In this document: one piece after another, positions 22,651-42,002 of the stretch | Layout: the number at the start of each line of letters is the position of its first letter | How positions within the stretch are numbered: position 1 is the stretch's first letter | Assembly (NCBI RefSeq): GCF_009914755.1 | Contig: NC_060948.1 | Reading direction: 5' to 3' (one strand) | Length of the DNA stretch: 64,000 bases | DNA from: the human T2T-CHM13v2.0 reference genome, Homo sapiens | Made by a program: the position numbers and the translations under genes | Notes under the pieces: generated by a model | What the model was told of the DNA's origin: nothing | The model's input: only the letters and a program-made list of their open reading frames with translations | Database searches by the model: none

Positions 22651-24754
22651 AGATCCATATTTTTTAAATGAAAAAAAATTTCAAAGGTACTCTGCTTGGT
22701 ACAATAATCAAATGTATAAACTGAGGAATAAAACATAACCATGAAACCTACTTATAACTGCATATGGAAAATACAGAGGATAATTTTTTAAATAACATAT
22801 TTTGAAAGCCTTAACTAGTAATTTGAAGAGTTGGCATTTGAAAGGCCAGTATGAATATACCTTCAAAGCAGCAACACAGGTTCCCCATGAGAAAAAGCAA
22901 ACACAGGGAAAATAAAAACACAAAGGTTCAATCTCTTCTGACCTTTGAAAGACACAGCACAGACAGTGGTCCTTAGGACGAAGAGCAGGAGACCCCTAAT
23001 TCCGTCACCATGGCGATAGGGCATAAACATTGCTGGGTGAGGGCACAATCCACATTGTGAGGTCCAACTGCTGCCAGGAAGACAGGAGTGCTTTTACATA
23101 GACCGAAAGGTCATTGAAGGCTCAGAGTTTTGTTTCAAGAACTGAATCCCAAGCCCACACGTTATTAGGCTGCGCTTCTTAAAACAAGTTATGAGATGGG
23201 AAAAAGGGCACCCACAAACATACGTATACATTATGTATATAATAATATACAGTATCATATATATAATATATATAACCTATGTATAATATTGTTTTACATC
23301 CTGCATCTTATGTTATATATATTGTATAAAATATAATAATTGATAATATATAAGTTTTATAATTATACAATATGACATATAGTATATATTATAATTTATG
23401 ACATATATAATATATGTTATATATCATATATAGAATATACTATACGGTTAATATACGTATTAAATATAAATTATACATTATATATATTATATATAATATA
23501 TCTGTTATATATAATACCCATTATGCATAATATATATATTATGTCTATGTTATATATAGTATAAAACAACATATAATAATATATAATTGTATATATAAAA
23601 TGCGACAGATAATATATATTATATTTTATAACATATGTAATATATATTATATATTATATATAATACGTTGTATGTATAATACCTATATTAAATATATATT
23701 ATATGACTATGTTATTAATTACATGTCACATGTGTTATATATTATATATTTTACATAGAATATACCGGTTACATACAATATATACTATGTTACCTATAAT
23801 GTATAATTTATTACATGTAAAATAAAGAATGCAATATATTATGTATAATTTATAATATACCATATGTGGAATGTGATATATATAACATATAATATATGAT
23901 ATATGATATACAGTATATGATATATAACATACAATATATGATTCCTAATATATATGGTATACAATATTTTTTTATGATATGTATTCTATATGTTTTATAT
24001 TCTGTTATATATAACTATTTGAAATTATATATAACTGTATAATATTTTATGTAAATATGTAATATAATATATATAACTATATAATATATTATATATAACT
24101 ATATATTATGTTATATATAATTTTATAACATAATTTACATAAAATATCATAATATAATATATATTATATTATTTCATATTACATAATATATATTACATAT
24201 CACCCAATATAACTAACATACATAATATTATAATATAGATTATATTATGTTATATTAAATATCATATATATCATGTATCATATATTCTATAATATATATT
24301 ACACATTATATAATATGTATGTTGTCTATTATGTGATATATACAACTATATATATAATTATATTTTTATACATATAACTAGATAAACATGTAATTCTACA
24401 TATTTTCATTTATAATATGTAGAATTATATAATCATATATAATTATTTATATTCTATAAAAAATTTTATCATTATATAAATTATAATATATAAAAATTAT
24501 AATATGTACTACAAATATATATATTATATATCATATATGATATAGTACCTTTGTTATATATCATAATACATATAAATGTGTATTATCTTATCTATAATTA
24601 TATAATTTCATATATAAGATGTATAATATGTATCATATATTATATATGTTATGTAATATATATAGTATATATAAGATGACACAGGATAAATATTATATAC
24701 TATGACATATAAAATATATCAGGTTATATGTTACATATAAGGCATAGCACATAA

Positions 24755-25069
<315 letters not shown>

Positions 25070-27172
25070 AGATCCATATTTTTTAAATGAAAAAAAATTT
25101 CAAAGGTACTCTGCTTGGTACATTAATCAAATGTAGAAACTGAGGAATAAAACATAACCATGAAACCTACTTATAACTGCATATGGAAAATACAGAGGAT
25201 AATTTTTTAAATAACATATTTTGAAAGCCTTAACTAGTAATTTGAAGAGTTGGCATTTGAAAGGCCAGTATGAATATACCTTCAAAGCAGCAACACAGGT
25301 TCCCCATGAGAAAAAGCAAACACAGGGAAAATAAAAACACAAAGGTTCAATCTCTTCTGACCTTTGAAAGACACAGCACAGACAGTGGTCCTTAGGACGA
25401 AGAGCAGGAGACCCCTAATTCCGTCACCATGGCGATAGGGCATAAACATTGCTGGGTGAGGGCACAATCCACATTGTGAGGTCCAACTGCTGCCAGGAAG
25501 ACAGGAGTGCTTTTACATAGACCGAAAGGTCATTGAAGGCTCAGAGTTTTCTTTCAAGAACTGAATCCCAAGCCCACACGTTATTAGGCTGCGCTTCTTA
25601 AAACAAGTTATGAGATGGGAAAAAGGGCACCCACAAACATACGTATACATTATGTATATAATAATATACAGTATCATATATATAATATATATAACCTATG
25701 TATAATATTGTTTTACATCCTGCATCTTATGTTATATATATTGTATAAAATATAATAATTGATAATATATAAGTTTTATAATTATACAATATGACATATA
25801 GTATATATTATAATTTATGACATATATAATATATGTTATATGTCATATATAGAATATATTATACGGTTAATATACGTATTAAATATAAATTATACATTAT
25901 ATATATTATATATAATATATCTGTTATATATAATAACCATTATGCATAATATATATATTATGTCTATGTTATATATAGTATAAAACAACATATAATAATA
26001 TATAATTGTATATATAAAATGCGACATATAATATATATTATATTTTATAACATATGTAATATATATTTTATATTATATATAATACGTTGTATGTATAATA
26101 CCTATATTAAATATATATTATATGACTATGTTATTAATTACATGTCACATGTGTTATATATTATATATTTTACATAGAATATACCGGTTGCATACAATAT
26201 ATACTATGTTACCTATAATGTATAATTTATTACATGTAAAATAAAGAATGCAATATATTATGTATAATTTATAATATACCATATGTGGAATGTGATATAT
26301 ATAACATATAATATATGATATATGATATACAGTATATGATATATAACATACGATATATGATTCCTAATATATATGGTATACAATATATATTTTATGATAT
26401 ATATTCTATGTGTTTTATATTCTGTTATATATAACTATTTGAAATTATATATAACTGTATAATATTTTATGTAAATATGTAATATAATATATATAACTAT
26501 ATAATATATTATATATAACTATATATTATGTTATATATACTTTTATAACATAATTTACATAAAATATCATAATATAATATATATTATATTATTTCATATT
26601 ACATAATATATATTACATATCACCCAATATAACTAACATACATAATATTATAATATAGATTATATTGTGTTATATTAAATATCATATATATCATGTATCA
26701 TATATTCTATAATATAAAACTCATTATATAATATGTATGTTGTCTATTATGTGATATATATAACTATATATATAATTATATTTTTATACATATAACTAGA
26801 TAAACATGTAATTCTACATATTTTCATTTATAATATGTAGAATTATATAATCATATATAATTATTTATATTCTATAAAAAATTTTATCATTATATAAATT
26901 ATAATATATAAAAATTATAATATGTACTACAAATATATATATTATATATCATATATGATATAGTACCTTTGTTATATATCATAATACATATAAATGTGTA
27001 TTATCTTATCTATAATTATATAATTTCATATATAAGATGTATAATATGTATCATATATTATATATGTTATGTAATATATATAGTATATATAAGATGACAC
27101 AGGATAAATATTATATACTATGATATATAAAATATATCAGGTTATATGTTACATATAAGGCATAGCACATAA

Positions 27173-27487
<315 letters not shown>

Positions 27488-29590
27488 AGATCCATATTTT
27501 TTAAATGAAAAAAAATTTCAAAGGTACTCTGCTTGGTACAATAATCAAATGTATAAACTGAGGAATAAAACATAACCATGAAACCTACTTATAACTGCAT
27601 ATGGAAAATACAGAGGATAATTTTTTAAATAACATATTTTGAAAGCCTTAACTAGTAATTTGAAGAGCTGGCATTTGAAAGGCCAGTATGAATATACCTT
27701 CAAAGCAGCAACACAGGTTCCCCATGAGAAAAAGCAAACACAGGGAAAATAAAAACACAAAGGTTCAATCTCTTCTGACCTTTGAAAGACACAGCACAGA
27801 CAGTGGTCCTTAGGACGAAGAGCAGGAGACCCCTAATTCCGTCACCATGGCGATAGGGCATAAACATTGCTGGGTGAGGGCACAATCCACATTGTGAGGT
27901 CCAACTGCTGCCAGGAAGACAGGAGTGCTTTTACATAGACCGAAAGGTCATTGAAGGCTCAGAGTTTTGTTTCAAGAACTGAATCCCAAGCCCACACGTT
28001 ATTAGGCTGCGCTTCTTAAAACAAGTTATGAGATGGGAAAAAGGGCACACACAAACATACGTATACATTATGTATATAATAATATACAGTATCATATATA
28101 TAATATATATAACCTATGTATAATATTGTTTTACATCCTGCATCTTATGTTATATATATTGTATAAAATATAATAATTGATAATATATAAGTTTTATAAT
28201 TATACAATATGACATATAGTATATATTAAAATTTATGACATATATAATATATGTTATATATCATATATAGAATATATTATACGGTTAATATACGTATTAA
28301 ATATAAATTATACATTATATATATTATATATAATATATCTGTTATATATAATATCCATTATGCATAATATATATATTATGTCTATGTTATATATAGTATA
28401 AAACAACATATAATAATATATAATTGTATATATAAAATGCGACATATAATATATATTATATTTTATAACATATGTAATATATATTATATATTATATATAA
28501 TACGTTGTATGTATAATACCTATATTAAATATATATTATATGACTATGTTATTAATTACATGTCACATGTGTTATATATTATATATTTTACATAGAATAT
28601 ACCGGTTACATACAATATATACTATGTTACCTATAATGTATAATTTATTACATGTAAAATAAAGAATGCAATATATTATGTAAAATTTATAATATACCAT
28701 ATGTGAAATGTGATATATATAACATATAATATATGATATATGATATACAGTGTATGATATATAACATACAATATATGATTCCTAATATATATGGTATACA
28801 ATATATATTTTATGATATGTATCCTATATGTTTTATATTCTGTTATATATAACTATTTGAAATTATATATAACTGTATAATATTTTATGTAAATATGTAA
28901 TATAATATATATAACTATATAATATATTTTATATAACTATATATTATGTTATATATACTTTTATAACATAATTTACATACAATATCATAATATAATATAT
29001 ATTATATTATTTCATATTACATAATATATATTACATATCACCCAATATAACTAACATACATAATATTATAATATAGATTATATTATGTTATATTAAATAT
29101 CATATATATCATGTATCATATATTCTATAATATATATTACACATTATATAATATGTATGTTGTCTATTATGTGATATATATAACAATATATATAATTATA
29201 TTTTTATACATATAACTAGATAAACATGTAATTCTACAAATTTTCATTTATAATATGTAGAATTATATAATCATATATAATTATTTATATTCTATAAAAA
29301 ATTTTATGATTATATAAATTATAATATATAAAAATTATAATATGTACTACAAATATATATAGTATATCATATATGATATAGTACCTTTGTTATATATCAT
29401 AATACATATAAATGTGTATTATGTTATCTATAATTATATAATTTCATATATAAGATGTATAATATGTATCATATATTATATATGTTATGTAATATATATA
29501 GTATATATAAGATGACACAGGATAAATATTATGTACTATGACATATAAAATATATCAGGTTATATGTTACATATAAGGCATAGCACATAA

Positions 29591-29905
<315 letters not shown>

Positions 29906-32031
29906 AGATCCATATTTTTTAAATGAAAAAAAATTTCAAAGGTACTCTGCTTGGTACAATAATCAAATGTATATACTGAGGAATAAAACATAACCATGAA
30001 ACCTACTTATAACTGCATATGGAAAATACAGAGGATAATTTTTTAAATAACATATTTTGAAAGCCTTAACTAGTAATTTGAAGAGTTGGCATTTGAAAGG
30101 CCAGTATGAATATACCTTCAAAGCAGCAACACAGGTTCCCCATGAGAAAAAGCAAACACAGGGAAAATAAAAACACAAAGGTTCAATCTCTTCTGACCTT
30201 TGAAAGACACAGCACAGACAGTGGTCCTTAGGACGAAGAGCAGGAGACCCCTAATTCCGTCACCATGGCGATAGGGCATAAACATTGCTGGGTGAGGGCA
30301 CAATCCACATTGTGAGGTCCAACTGCTGCCAGGAAGACAGGAGTGCTTTTACATAGACCGAAAGGTCATTGAAGGCTCAGAGTTTTGTTTCAAGAACTGA
30401 ATCCCAAGCCCACACGTTATTAGGCTGTGCTTCTTAAAACAAGTTATGAGATGGGAAAAAGGGCACCCACAAACATACGTATACATTATGTATATAATAA
30501 TATACAGTATCATATATATAATATATATAACCTATGTATAATATTGTTTTACATCCTGCATCTTATGTTATATATATTGTATAAAATACAATAATTGATA
30601 ACATATAAGTTTTATAATTATACAATATGACATATAGTATATATTATAATTTATGACATATATAATATATGTTATATGTCATATATAGAATATATTATAC
30701 GGTTAATATACGTATTAAATATAAATTATACATTATATATATTATATATAATATATCTGTTATATATAATAACCATTATGCATAATATATATATTATGTC
30801 TATGTTATATATAGTATAAAACAACATATAATAATATATAATTGTATATAGAAAACGCGACATATAATATATATTATATTTTATGACATATGTAATATAT
30901 ATTATATATTATATAAAATACGTTGTATGTATAATACCTATATTAAATATATATTATATGACTATGTTATTAATTACATATCACATATGTTATATATTAT
31001 ATATTTTACATAGAATATACCGGTTACATACAATATATACTATGTTACCTATAATGTATAATTGATTACATGTAAAATAAAGAATGCAATATATTATATA
31101 TAATTTATAATATACAATATGTGGAATGTGATATATATAACATATAATATATGATATATGATATACAGTGTATGATATATAACATACAATATATGATACC
31201 TAATATATATGGTATACAATATATATTTTATGATATGTATTCTCTATGTTTTACATTCTGTTATATATAACTATTTGAAATTATATATAACTGTATAATA
31301 TTTTATGTAAATATGTAATATAATATATATAACTATATAATATATTATAAATAACTATATATTATGTTATATATACTTTTATAACATAATTTACATAAAA
31401 TATCATAATATAATATATATTATATTATTTCATATTACATAATATATATTACATATCACCCAATATAAGTAACATACATAATATTATAATATAGAATATA
31501 TTATGTTATATTAAATATCATATATATCATGTATCATATATGCTATAATATATATTAAACAATATATAATATGTATGTTGCCTATTATGTGATATATATA
31601 ACTATATATATAATTATATTATTATACATATAACTAGATAAACATGTAATTCTACATATTTAGATTTATAATATATATAATTATATAATCATATTTAATT
31701 ATTTAAATTCTATAAAAAATTATATCATTATATAAATTATAATATATAATAATTATAATATGTACTAGAAATATATATTATATATCATATATGATATAGA
31801 ACCTTTGTTATATATCATAATACATATAAATGTGTATTATGTTATCGATAATTATATAATTTCATATATAAGATATATAATATGTATTATATATTATATA
31901 TGTTATGCAATATATATAGTATATATAAGATGACACAGGATAAATATTATATACTATGACATATAAAATATATGAGGTTATATGTTACATATAAGGCATA
32001 GCACATAACATGTAATATATATCATATATAA

Positions 32032-32323
<292 letters not shown>

Positions 32324-34428
32324 AGATCCATATTTTTTAAATGAAAAAAAATTTCAAAGGTACTCTGCTTGGTACATTAATCAAATGTAGAAACTGAGGA
32401 ATAAAACATAACCATGAAACCTACTTATAACTGCATATGGAAAATACAGAGGATAATTTTTTAAATAACATATTTTGAAAGCCTTAACTAGTAATTTGAA
32501 GAGTTGGCATTTGAAAGGCCAGTATGAATATACCTTCAAAGCAGCAACACAGGTTCCCCATGAGAAAAAGCAAACTCAGGGAAAATAAAACCACAAAGGT
32601 TCTATCTCTTCTGACCTTTGAAAGACACAGCACAGACAGTGGTCCTTAGGACGAAGAGCAGGAGACCCCTAATTCCGTCACCATGGCGATAGGGCGTAAA
32701 CATTGCTGGGTGAGGACACAATCCACATTGTGAGGTCCAACTGCTGCCAGGAAGACAGGAGTGCTTTTACATAGACCGAAAGGTCATTGAAGGCTCAGAG
32801 TTTTGTTTCAAGAACTCAATCCCAAGCCCACACGTTATTAGGCTGCGCTTCTTAAAACAAGTTATGAGATGGGAAAAAGGGCACCCACAAACATACGTAT
32901 ACATTATTTATATAATAATATACAGTGTCATATATATAATATATATAACCTATGTATAATATTGTTTTACATCCTGCATCTTATATTATATATATTGTAT
33001 AAAATATAATTATTGATAATATATAAATTTTATATTTATACAATATGACATTTAGTATATATTATAATTTATGACATATATAATATATGTTATATATCAT
33101 ATATAGAATATATTATACGGTTAATATACGTATTAAATATAAATTATACATTATATATATTATATATAATATTTCTGTTATATATAATACCCATTATGCA
33201 TAATATATATATTATGTGTATGTTATATATAGTATAAAACAACATATAATAATATATAATTGTATATATAAAATGCGACATATAATATATATTATATTTT
33301 ATGACATATGTTATAAATATAATATATTATATATAATACGTTGTATGTATAATACCTATATTAAATATATATTATATGACTATGTTATTAATTACATGTC
33401 ACATATGTTATATATTATATATTTTACATAGAATATACCGGTTACATACAATATATACTATGTTACCTATAATGTATAATATATTACATGTAAAATAAAG
33501 AATGCAATATATTATGTATAATTTATAATATACAATATGTGGAATGTGATATATATAACATATAATATATGATATATGATATACAGTATATGATATATAA
33601 CATGCAATATATGATACCTAATATATATGGTATACAATATATATTTTATGATATGTATTCTATATGTTTTATATTCTGTTATATATAACTATTTGAAATT
33701 ATATATAACTGTATAATATTTTATGTAAATATGTAATATAATATATATAACTATATAATATATTATATGTAACTATATATTATGTTATATATACTTTTAT
33801 AACATAATTTACATAAAATATCATAACATAATATATATTATATTATTTCATATTACATAATATATATTACATATCACCCAATATAACTAACATACATAAT
33901 ATTATAATATAGATTATATTATGTTATATTAAATATCATATATATCATGTATCATATATTCTATAATATATATTACACATTATATAATATGTATGTTGTC
34001 TATTATGTGATATATATAACTATATATATAATTATATTTTTATACATATAACTAGATAAACATGTAATTCTACATATTTTCATTTATAATATGTAGAATT
34101 ATATAATCATATATAATTATTTATATTCTATAAAAAATTTTATGATTATATAAATTATAATATATAAAAATTATAATATGTACTACAAATATATATATTA
34201 TATATCATATCTGATATAGTACCTTTGTTATATATCATAATACATATAAATGTGTATTATGTTATCTATAATTATATAATTTCATATATAAGATGTATAA
34301 TATGTATCATATATTATATATGTTATGTAATATATACAGTATATATAAGATGACACAGGATAAATATTATATACTATGACATATAAAATATATGAGGTTA
34401 TATGTTACATATTAGGCATAGCACATAA

Positions 34429-34743
<315 letters not shown>

Positions 34744-36846
34744 AGATCCATATTTTTTAAATGAAAAAAAATTTCAAAGGTACTCTGCTTGGTACAATAA
34801 TCAAATGTATAAACTGAGGAATAAAACATAACCATGAAACCTACTTATAACTGCATATGGAAAATACAGAGGATAATTTTTTAAATAACATATTTTGAAA
34901 GCCTTAACTAGTAATTTGAAGAGCTGGCATTTGAAAGGCCAGTATGAATATACCTTCAAAGCAGCAACACAGGTTCCCCATGAGAAAAAGCAAACACAGG
35001 GAAAATAAAAACACAAAGGTTCAATCTCTTCTGACCTTTGAAAGACACAGCACAGACAGTGGTCCTTAGGACGAAGAGCAGGAGACCCCTAATTCCGTCA
35101 CCATGGCGATAGGGCATAAACATTGCTGGGTGAGGGCAAAATCCACATTGTGAGGTCCAACTGCTGCCAGGAAGACAGGAGTGGTTTTACATAGACCGAA
35201 AGGTCATTGAAGGCTCAGAGTTTTGTTTCAAGAACTGAATCCCAAGCCCACACGTTATTAGGCTGCGCTTCTTAAAACAAGTTATGAGATGGGAAAAAGG
35301 GCACCCACAAACATACGTATACATTATGTATATAATAATATACAGTATCATATATATAATATATATAACCTATGTATAATATTGTTTTACATCCTGCATC
35401 TTATGTTATATATAGTATAAAATATAATAATTGATAATATATAAGTTTTATAATTATACAATATGACATATAGTATATATTATAATTTATGACATATATA
35501 ATATATGTTATATGTCATATATAGAATATATTATACGGTTAATATACGTATTAAATATAAATTATACATTATATATATTATATATAATATATCTGTTATA
35601 TATAATACCCATTATGCATAATATATATATTATGTCTATGTTATATATAGTATAAAACAACATATAATAATATATAATTGTATATATAAAATGCGACATA
35701 TAATATATATTATATTCTATAACATATGTAATATATATTATATATTATATATAATACGTTGTATGTATAATACCTATATTAAATATATATTATATGACTA
35801 TGTTATTAATTACATGTCACATGTGTTATATATTATATATTTTACATAGAATATACCGGTTACATACAATATATACTATGTTACCTATAATGTATAATTT
35901 ATTACATGTAAAATAAAGAATGCAATATATTATGTATAATTTATAATATACAATATGTGGAATGTGATATATATAACATATAATATATGATATATGATAT
36001 ACAGTATATGATATATAACATACAATATATGATTCCTAATATATATGGTATACAATATATATTTTATGATATGTATTCTATATGTTTTATATTCTGTTAT
36101 ATATAACTATTTGAAATTATATATAACTGTATAATATTTTATGTAAATATGTAATATAATATATATAACTATATAATATATTATATATAACTATATATTA
36201 TGTTATATATACTTTTATAACATAATTTACATAAAATATCATAATATAATATATATTATATTATTTCATATTACATAATATATATTACATATCACCCAAT
36301 ATAACTAACATACATAATATTATAATATAGATTATATTATGTTATATTAAATATCATATATATCATGTATCATATATTCTATAATATATATTACACATTA
36401 TATAATATGTATGTTGTCTATTATGTGATATATATAACTATATATATAATTATATTTTTATACATATAACTAGATAAACATGTAATTCTACATATTTTCA
36501 TTTATAATATGTAGAATTATATAATCATATATAATTATTTATATTCTATAAAAAATTTTATGATTATATAAATTATAATATATAAAAATTATAATATGTA
36601 CTACAAATATATATATTATATATCATATATGATATAGTACCTTTGTTATATATCATAATACATATAAATGTGTATTATGTTATCTATAATTATATAATTT
36701 CATATATAACTTGTATAATATGTATCATATATTATATATGTTTTGTAATATATATAGTATATATAAGATGACACAGGATAAATATTATATACTATGACAT
36801 ATAAAATATATGAGGTTATATGTTACATATAAGGCATAGCACATAA

Positions 36847-37161
<315 letters not shown>

Positions 37162-39289
37162 AGATCCATATTTTTTAAATGAAAAAAAATTTCAAAGGAA
37201 CTCTGCTTGGTACAATAATCAAATGTATAAACTGAGGAATAAAACATAACCATGAAACCTACTTATAACTGCATATGGAAAATACAGAGGATAATTTTTT
37301 AAATAACATATTTTGAAAGCCTTAACTAGTAATTTGAAGAGTTGGCATTTGAAAGGCCAGTATGAATATACCTTGAAAGCACCAACACAGGTTCCCCATG
37401 AGAAAAAGCAAACTCAGGGAAAATAAAACCACAAACGTTCAATCTCTTCTGATCTTTGAAAGACACAGCACAGACAGTGGTCCTTAGGACGAAGAGCAGG
37501 AGACCCCTAATTCCGTCACCATGGCGATAGCGCATAAACACTGCTGGGTGAGGGCACAATCCACATTGTGAGGTCCAACTGCTGCCAGGAAGACAGGAGT
37601 GCTTTTACATAGACCGAAAGGTCATTGAAGGCTCAGAGTTTTGTTTCAAGAACTGAATCCCAAGCCCACACGTTATTAGGCTGCGCTTCTTAAAACAAGT
37701 TATGAGATGGGAAAAAGGGCACCCACAAACATACGTATACATTATTTATATAATAATATACAGTGTCATATATATAATATATATAACCTATGTATAATAT
37801 TGTTTTACATCCTGCATCTTATATTATATATATTGTATAAAATATAATTATTGATAATATATAAATTTTATATTTATACAATATGACATTTAGTATATAT
37901 TATAATTTATGACATATATAATATATGTTATATATCATATATAGAATATATTATACGGTTAATATACGTATTAAATATAAATTATACATTATATATATTA
38001 TATATAATATTTCTGTTATATATAATACCCATTATGCATAATATATATATTATGTGTATGTTATATATAGTATAAAACAACATATAATAATATATAATTG
38101 TATATATAAAATGCAACATATAATATATATTATATTTTATGACATATGTTATAAATATAATATATTATATATAATACGTTGTATGTATAATACCTATATT
38201 AAATATATATTATATGACTATGTTATTAATTACATGTCACATATGTTATATATTATATATTTTACATAGAATATACCGGTTACATACAATATATACTATG
38301 TTACCTATAATGTATAATATATTACATGTAAAATAAAGAATGCAATATATTATGTATAATTTATAATATACAATATGTGGAATGCGATATATATAACATA
38401 TAATATATGATATATGATATACAGTATATGATATATAACATGCAATATATGATACCTAATATATATGGTATACAATATATATTTTATGATATGTATTCTA
38501 TATGTTTTATATTCTGTTATATATAACTATTTGAAATTATATATAACTGTATAATATTTTATGTAAATATGTAATATAATATATATAACTATATAATATA
38601 TTATATATAACTATATATTATGTTATATATACTTTTATAACATAATTTACATAAAATATCATAACATAATATATATTATATTATTTCATATTACATAATA
38701 TATATTACATATCACCCAATATAACTAACATACATAATATTATAATATAGATTATATTATGTTATATTAAATATCATATATATCATGTATCATATATTCT
38801 ATAATATATATTACACATTATATAATATGTATGTTGTCTATTATGTGATATATATAACTATATATATAATTATATTTTTATACATATAACTAGATAAACA
38901 TGTAATTCTACATATTTTCATTTATAATATGTAGAATTATATAATCATATATAATTATTTATATTCTATAAAAAATTTTATGATTATATAAATTATAATA
39001 TATAAAAATTATAATATGTACTACAAATATATATATTATATATCATATATGATATAGTACCTTTGTTATATATCATAATACATATAAATGTGTATTATGT
39101 TATCTATAATTATATAATTTCATATATAAGATGTATAATATGTATCATATATTATATATGTTATGTAATATATATAGTATATATAAGATGACACAGGATA
39201 AATATTATATACTATGACATATAAAATATATGAGGTTATATGTTACATATAAGGCATAGCACATAACATGTAATATATATCATATATAA

Positions 39290-39581
<292 letters not shown>

Positions 39582-41693
39582 AGATCCATATTTTTTAAAT
39601 GAAAAAAAATTTCAAAGGCACTCTGCTTGGTACAATAATCAAATGTATAAACTGAGGAATAAAACATAACCATGAAACCTACTTATAACTGCATATGGAA
39701 AATACAGAGGATAATTTTTTAAATAACATATTTTGAAAGCCTTAACTAGTAATTTGAAGAGCTGGCATTTGAAAGGCCAGTATGAATATACCTTCAAAGC
39801 AGCAACACAGGTTCCCCATGAGAAAAAGCAAACACAGGGAAAATAAAAACACAAAGGTTCAATCTCTTCTGACCTTTGAAAGACACAGCACAGACAGTGG
39901 TCCTTAGGACGAAGAGCAGGAGACCCCTAATTCCGTCACCATGGCGATAGGGCATAAACATTGCTGGGTGAGGGCACAATCCACATTGTGAGGTCCAACT
40001 GCTGCCAGGAAGACAGGAGTGCTTTTACATAGACCGAAAGGTCATTGAAGGCTCAGAGTTTTGTTTCAAGAACTGAATCCCAAGCCCACACGTTATTAGG
40101 CTGCGCTTCTTAAAACAAGTTATGAGATGGGAAAAAGGGCACCCACAAACATACGTATACATTATGTATATAATAATATACAGTATCATATATATAATAT
40201 ATATAACCTATGTATAATATTGTTTTACATCCTGCATCTTATGTTATATATATTGTATAAAATATAATAATTGATAATATATAAGTTTTATATTTATACA
40301 ATATGACATATAGTATATATTATAATTTATGACATATATAATATTTGTTATATATCATATATAGAATATATTATACGGTTAATATACGTATTAAATATAA
40401 ATTATACATTATATATATTATATATAATATATCTGTTATATATAATACCCATTATGCATGATATATATATTATGTCTATGTTATATATAGTATAAAACAA
40501 CATATAATAATATATAATTGTATATATAAAATGCGACATATAATATATATTATATTTTATAACATATGTAATATATATTATATATTATATATAATACGTT
40601 GTATGTATAATACCTATATTAAATATATATTATATGACTATGTTATTAATTACATGTCACATGTGTTATATATTATATATTTTACATAGAATATACCGGT
40701 TACATACAATATATACTATGTTACCTATAATGTATAATTTATTACATGTAAAATAAAGAATGCAATATATTATGTATAATTTATAATATACAATATATGG
40801 AATGTGATATATATAACATATAATATATGATATATGATATACAGTATATGATATATAACATACAATATATGATTCCTAATATATATGGTATACAATATAT
40901 ATTTTATGATATGTATTCTATATGTTTTATATTCTGTTATATATAACTATTTGAAATTATATATAACTGTATAATATTTTATGTAAATATGTAATATAAT
41001 ATATATAACTATATAATATATTATATATAACTATATATTATGTTATATATACTTTTATAACATAATTTACATAAAATATCATAACATAATATATATTATA
41101 TTATTTCATATTACATAATATATATTACATATCACCCAATATAAGTAACATACATAATATTATAATATAGATTATATTATGTTATATTAAATATCATATA
41201 TGTCATGTATCATATATTCTATAATATATATTACACATTATATAATATGTATGTTGTCTATTATGTGATATATATAACTCTATATATAATTATATTATTA
41301 TACATATAACTAGATAAACATGTAATTCTACATATTTTCATTTATAATATGTAGAATTATATAATCATATATAATTATTTATATTCTATAAAAAATTTTA
41401 TCATTATATAAATTATAATATATAAAAATTATAATATGTACTACAAATATATATATTATATATCATATATGATATAGTACCTTTGTTATATATCATAATA
41501 CATATAAATGTGTATTATGTTATCTATAATTATATAATATCATATATAAGATGTATAATATGTATCATATATTATATATGTTATGTAATATATATAGTAT
41601 ATATAAGATGACACAGGATAAATATTATATACTATGACATATAAAATATATGAGGTTATATGTTACATATAAGGCATAGCACATAACATGTAA

Positions 41694-42002
<309 letters not shown>

